From NCBI GenBank assembly GCA_973895155.1, contig OZ316895.1, positions 11,368,858 through 11,432,857 on the forward strand: a DNA stretch of 64,000 nt, read 5' to 3'. Below are positions 61,808 through 64,000 of this stretch, piece by piece; within the stretch, counting starts at the first letter, position 1; the number at the start of each line of letters is the position of its first letter. The position numbers and the translations under genes are program-made. Source of the stretch: Marsupella aquatica (Eukaryota > Plantae > Marchantiophyta). The notes under the pieces are model-generated. The model ran no database searches, was not told the DNA's origin, and saw nothing but the letters and a program-made list of their open reading frames with translations.

Positions 61808-63873
61808 ATGGCGTCTGTCACAATGGCAGCGGCTTCCAGCATGATCAAGCTGTCGTCGGTGGCCACCTCTGCGACAATCTCGTCTACGTGCAAACAGTCC
61901 GTTGTGGGAGCTGCAGCTGGCTCCCCGGTCGCATTTCCACCTCGCTCTGTGCTGCCCTATGCGAAGCTGTGCAATGGCCCCGGACCCAGCTGGGGAAGGC
62001 CAGCGAAGAATCGGAGCAGGAGAGCTGCTGCTGCTGCTCGTGGTGGAGTTGTGCGAATGAGCGTGAGCACTACGGAGATTGCTCCGAGTGACACTCTGTT
62101 TGCTGACTACAAGCCCTCCACCGCCTTCCTTTTCCCGGGCCAAGTAATCAATTGTTCTTTCCTGCTACCATTTGTTTCTGATTTATCTGAATTTTCTGGT
62201 CTTAGGTGTTGTTTCTTTACCTTCTTGTTTAGATTTGGCTTCAATCGCCTTGATCAATGAAACGTTTCCACGTTGCGTTTGGGACAAAATCGATTGTCAC
62301 TTCTTTTTCTCGCCTTGATCTCTCTGCATGCATAGTAAATGCCACTTTTGGGTTTTCCAGAACAGGGGATTCAGTAAATTTATTTTCTCTGCAAATCGTT
62401 TTCATGCTCGTTCTCTACCAATCATCTTGGTGGGCTACGAAATTCAAAGCCTCTAACCAGGATGAAAATTGCTCCACCCTTCACTGATGCAATAATTATT
62501 TACAAGCAAAGTACGATGCTAGGTGCTACAATTTTACCATCGTCAGGCTCTGATTCTATCTCTGCAAAGGTTCTACTATTCTTCTATTTACCAGGGGCCA
62601 AGGCAAAGCTTTCTGTGTAGGGCCATATAGTCGACTTGTGGACCTCGGACATTTGAATGGCACTGCAATCTTGAAGAATTCTTGCAGTGTAGTGGAAATT
62701 CTTCCCTAATTTCTCTGCCTCCTACGACAATTCATCAGCTTCATAAACAAACTGTCTCAGTTTATTTCTTGCCCTCTATTCCCCCTTGCGGTAACATGGT
62801 TCAAAAATTGATGAGCCCCTTCTTGCTCACACAGGGTGCACAAGCCGTAGGCATGGGCAAAGAAGTCGAGACTGTTCCAGCTGCTGCCGCTCTTTATGCC
62901 AAAGCGGCTGAAATATTAGGGTGAGCCTATATTTGATGAACCTTGTCTGTTCACCAGTTGTTTAGTACGGCTGTTCCCAGTAGATAAATTAACAAGTCCG
63001 CTCCTCTTTTTAACACTGGCTATTTGTGCTGAGCTTTAGTCTTAGACCTTGAAAGGCTTCTTGCTGAAGAGAATTATTGTATCCGTGATGATGGGGGCAG
63101 TTATGACCTTTTGGACGTATCGATAAATGGACCAAAGGAGAAGTTGGACTCAACAGTTATCAGCCAGGTATCTTTTTCTCTACTTTCTCTCGTATTAGAA
63201 GTATGTTTGAGAAGATGAAAAGAGCAAACTCAAATTTTCCTGCCAGTATGATATGTTTTGCTGTCTTAGATTCACTCGTCAACTCAGAGGCGTGTGCTGC
63301 CTTTCTTTCTCCTCATAGATATCTCAGTCGGAAAACTACTACCAGACATTAGAACTGGAGTTTTGTTCAGTCTGATGTTCGCTTCTAAAGAATTACTCGC
63401 AACGACCTGGAGACTTTAGCTTACACTCAAACTGCTGCAATTGCAGCCTGCTATATATGTCGCTAGCCTTGCCGCTGTAGAGGCCTTGAAAGCAAGAGAA
63501 GGAGGTCAAGCGATTATTGATTCTGTCAACGTTGCTGCGGGATTGAGTCTCGGAGAATACACTGCTCTTGCATTTGCTGGAGCCTTCAGGTTGGTCGTAC
63601 TGCGCCTTTCGTTTTTGGTTGAGGTCTTTACTGAGGGAGCGTCCAGAGGATGGGCACAATCTTACAGAGGGCAAATGGAATATGATGGCCTGCCGCAGAT
63701 TTTTTCTTTAAGTCTTATGCTTCAGCTGTCTCTTACTAGTTCTTCGCTAGAAGTCATTGTGGTGCCCAAAGCTGTTCAAATATGGAGTCTTTCCCATGCT
63801 GATACGTGTGTGGTGCTGTTTCAGTTTTGAGGATGGTTTGAAACTTGTGAAGATCCGAGGAGAAGCAATGCAG
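61808..63873 (+). CDS. MCAT: Plastid malonyl-CoA:ACP transacylase (FabD/MCAT), exons 61808-62143, 62835-62920, 63101-63167, 63447-63589, 63825-63873; continues off the window
   Basis: Ser/Ala-rich transit peptide; AFLFPGQ|GAQAVGMG; YDLLD..INGPKEKLDSTVISQ|PAIYV; catalytic GLSLGEYTAL; FEDGLKLVKIRGEAMQ; all introns GT-AG and in phase. Confidence 0.93.
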
Positions 63874-64000
63874 GTTAGTCACCTGCACATCATTATGGGC
63901 CCCTTGATAAAAGGCATACTAGATTCTGTTGGCATTGTCTTCGAGGCCAACAATTTAGCGTTGCTTCGCAGGTAATTTCGACATCGTGCGGGAGGCCTCG

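Overview
Eukaryotic plant genomic DNA; a non-seed land plant is inferred from the TE spectrum but not proven. Host genes: exon 1 of an NADP-dependent alkenal reductase (-, runs off the left end), a tandem cluster of intronless Tau-class GSTs (three intact, one pseudogene) shaped by a local segmental duplication, a GT47 MUR3/KATAMARI1-like xyloglucan glycosyltransferase (-), and exons 1-5 of a plastid malonyl-CoA:ACP transacylase (+). The left third is a triple nest. A complete Ty1/copia element (3096-20681, 344-bp LTRs, 5-bp TSD) hosts an unusual Ty3/gypsy-type element (5479-16410), which in turn hosts a non-autonomous TIR element (9913-11192). The gypsy-type element is the standout. Its single gag-pol frame encodes Gag-PR-C5 cytosine methyltransferase-RT-RNase H-DDE integrase-PHD finger. 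Instead of two LTRs it has Ngaro/PAT-style split direct repeats (A1...B1-A2-B2), with a palindromic internal end-to-end junction (GACA-GC-TGTC) and a 4-bp TSD. It also has a Tf1-like self-priming site instead of a tRNA PBS, and a 5S rRNA Pol III control-region remnant in its leader. Together these suggest a DDE-integrase retrotransposon that integrates from a circular intermediate. Also present: solo LTRs, a CRE-like RLE non-LTR retrotransposon with truncated relatives, Tourist-like and CCC...GGG/8-bp-TSD MITEs, a Helitron-like 3' end with minisatellites, and small tandem repeats.
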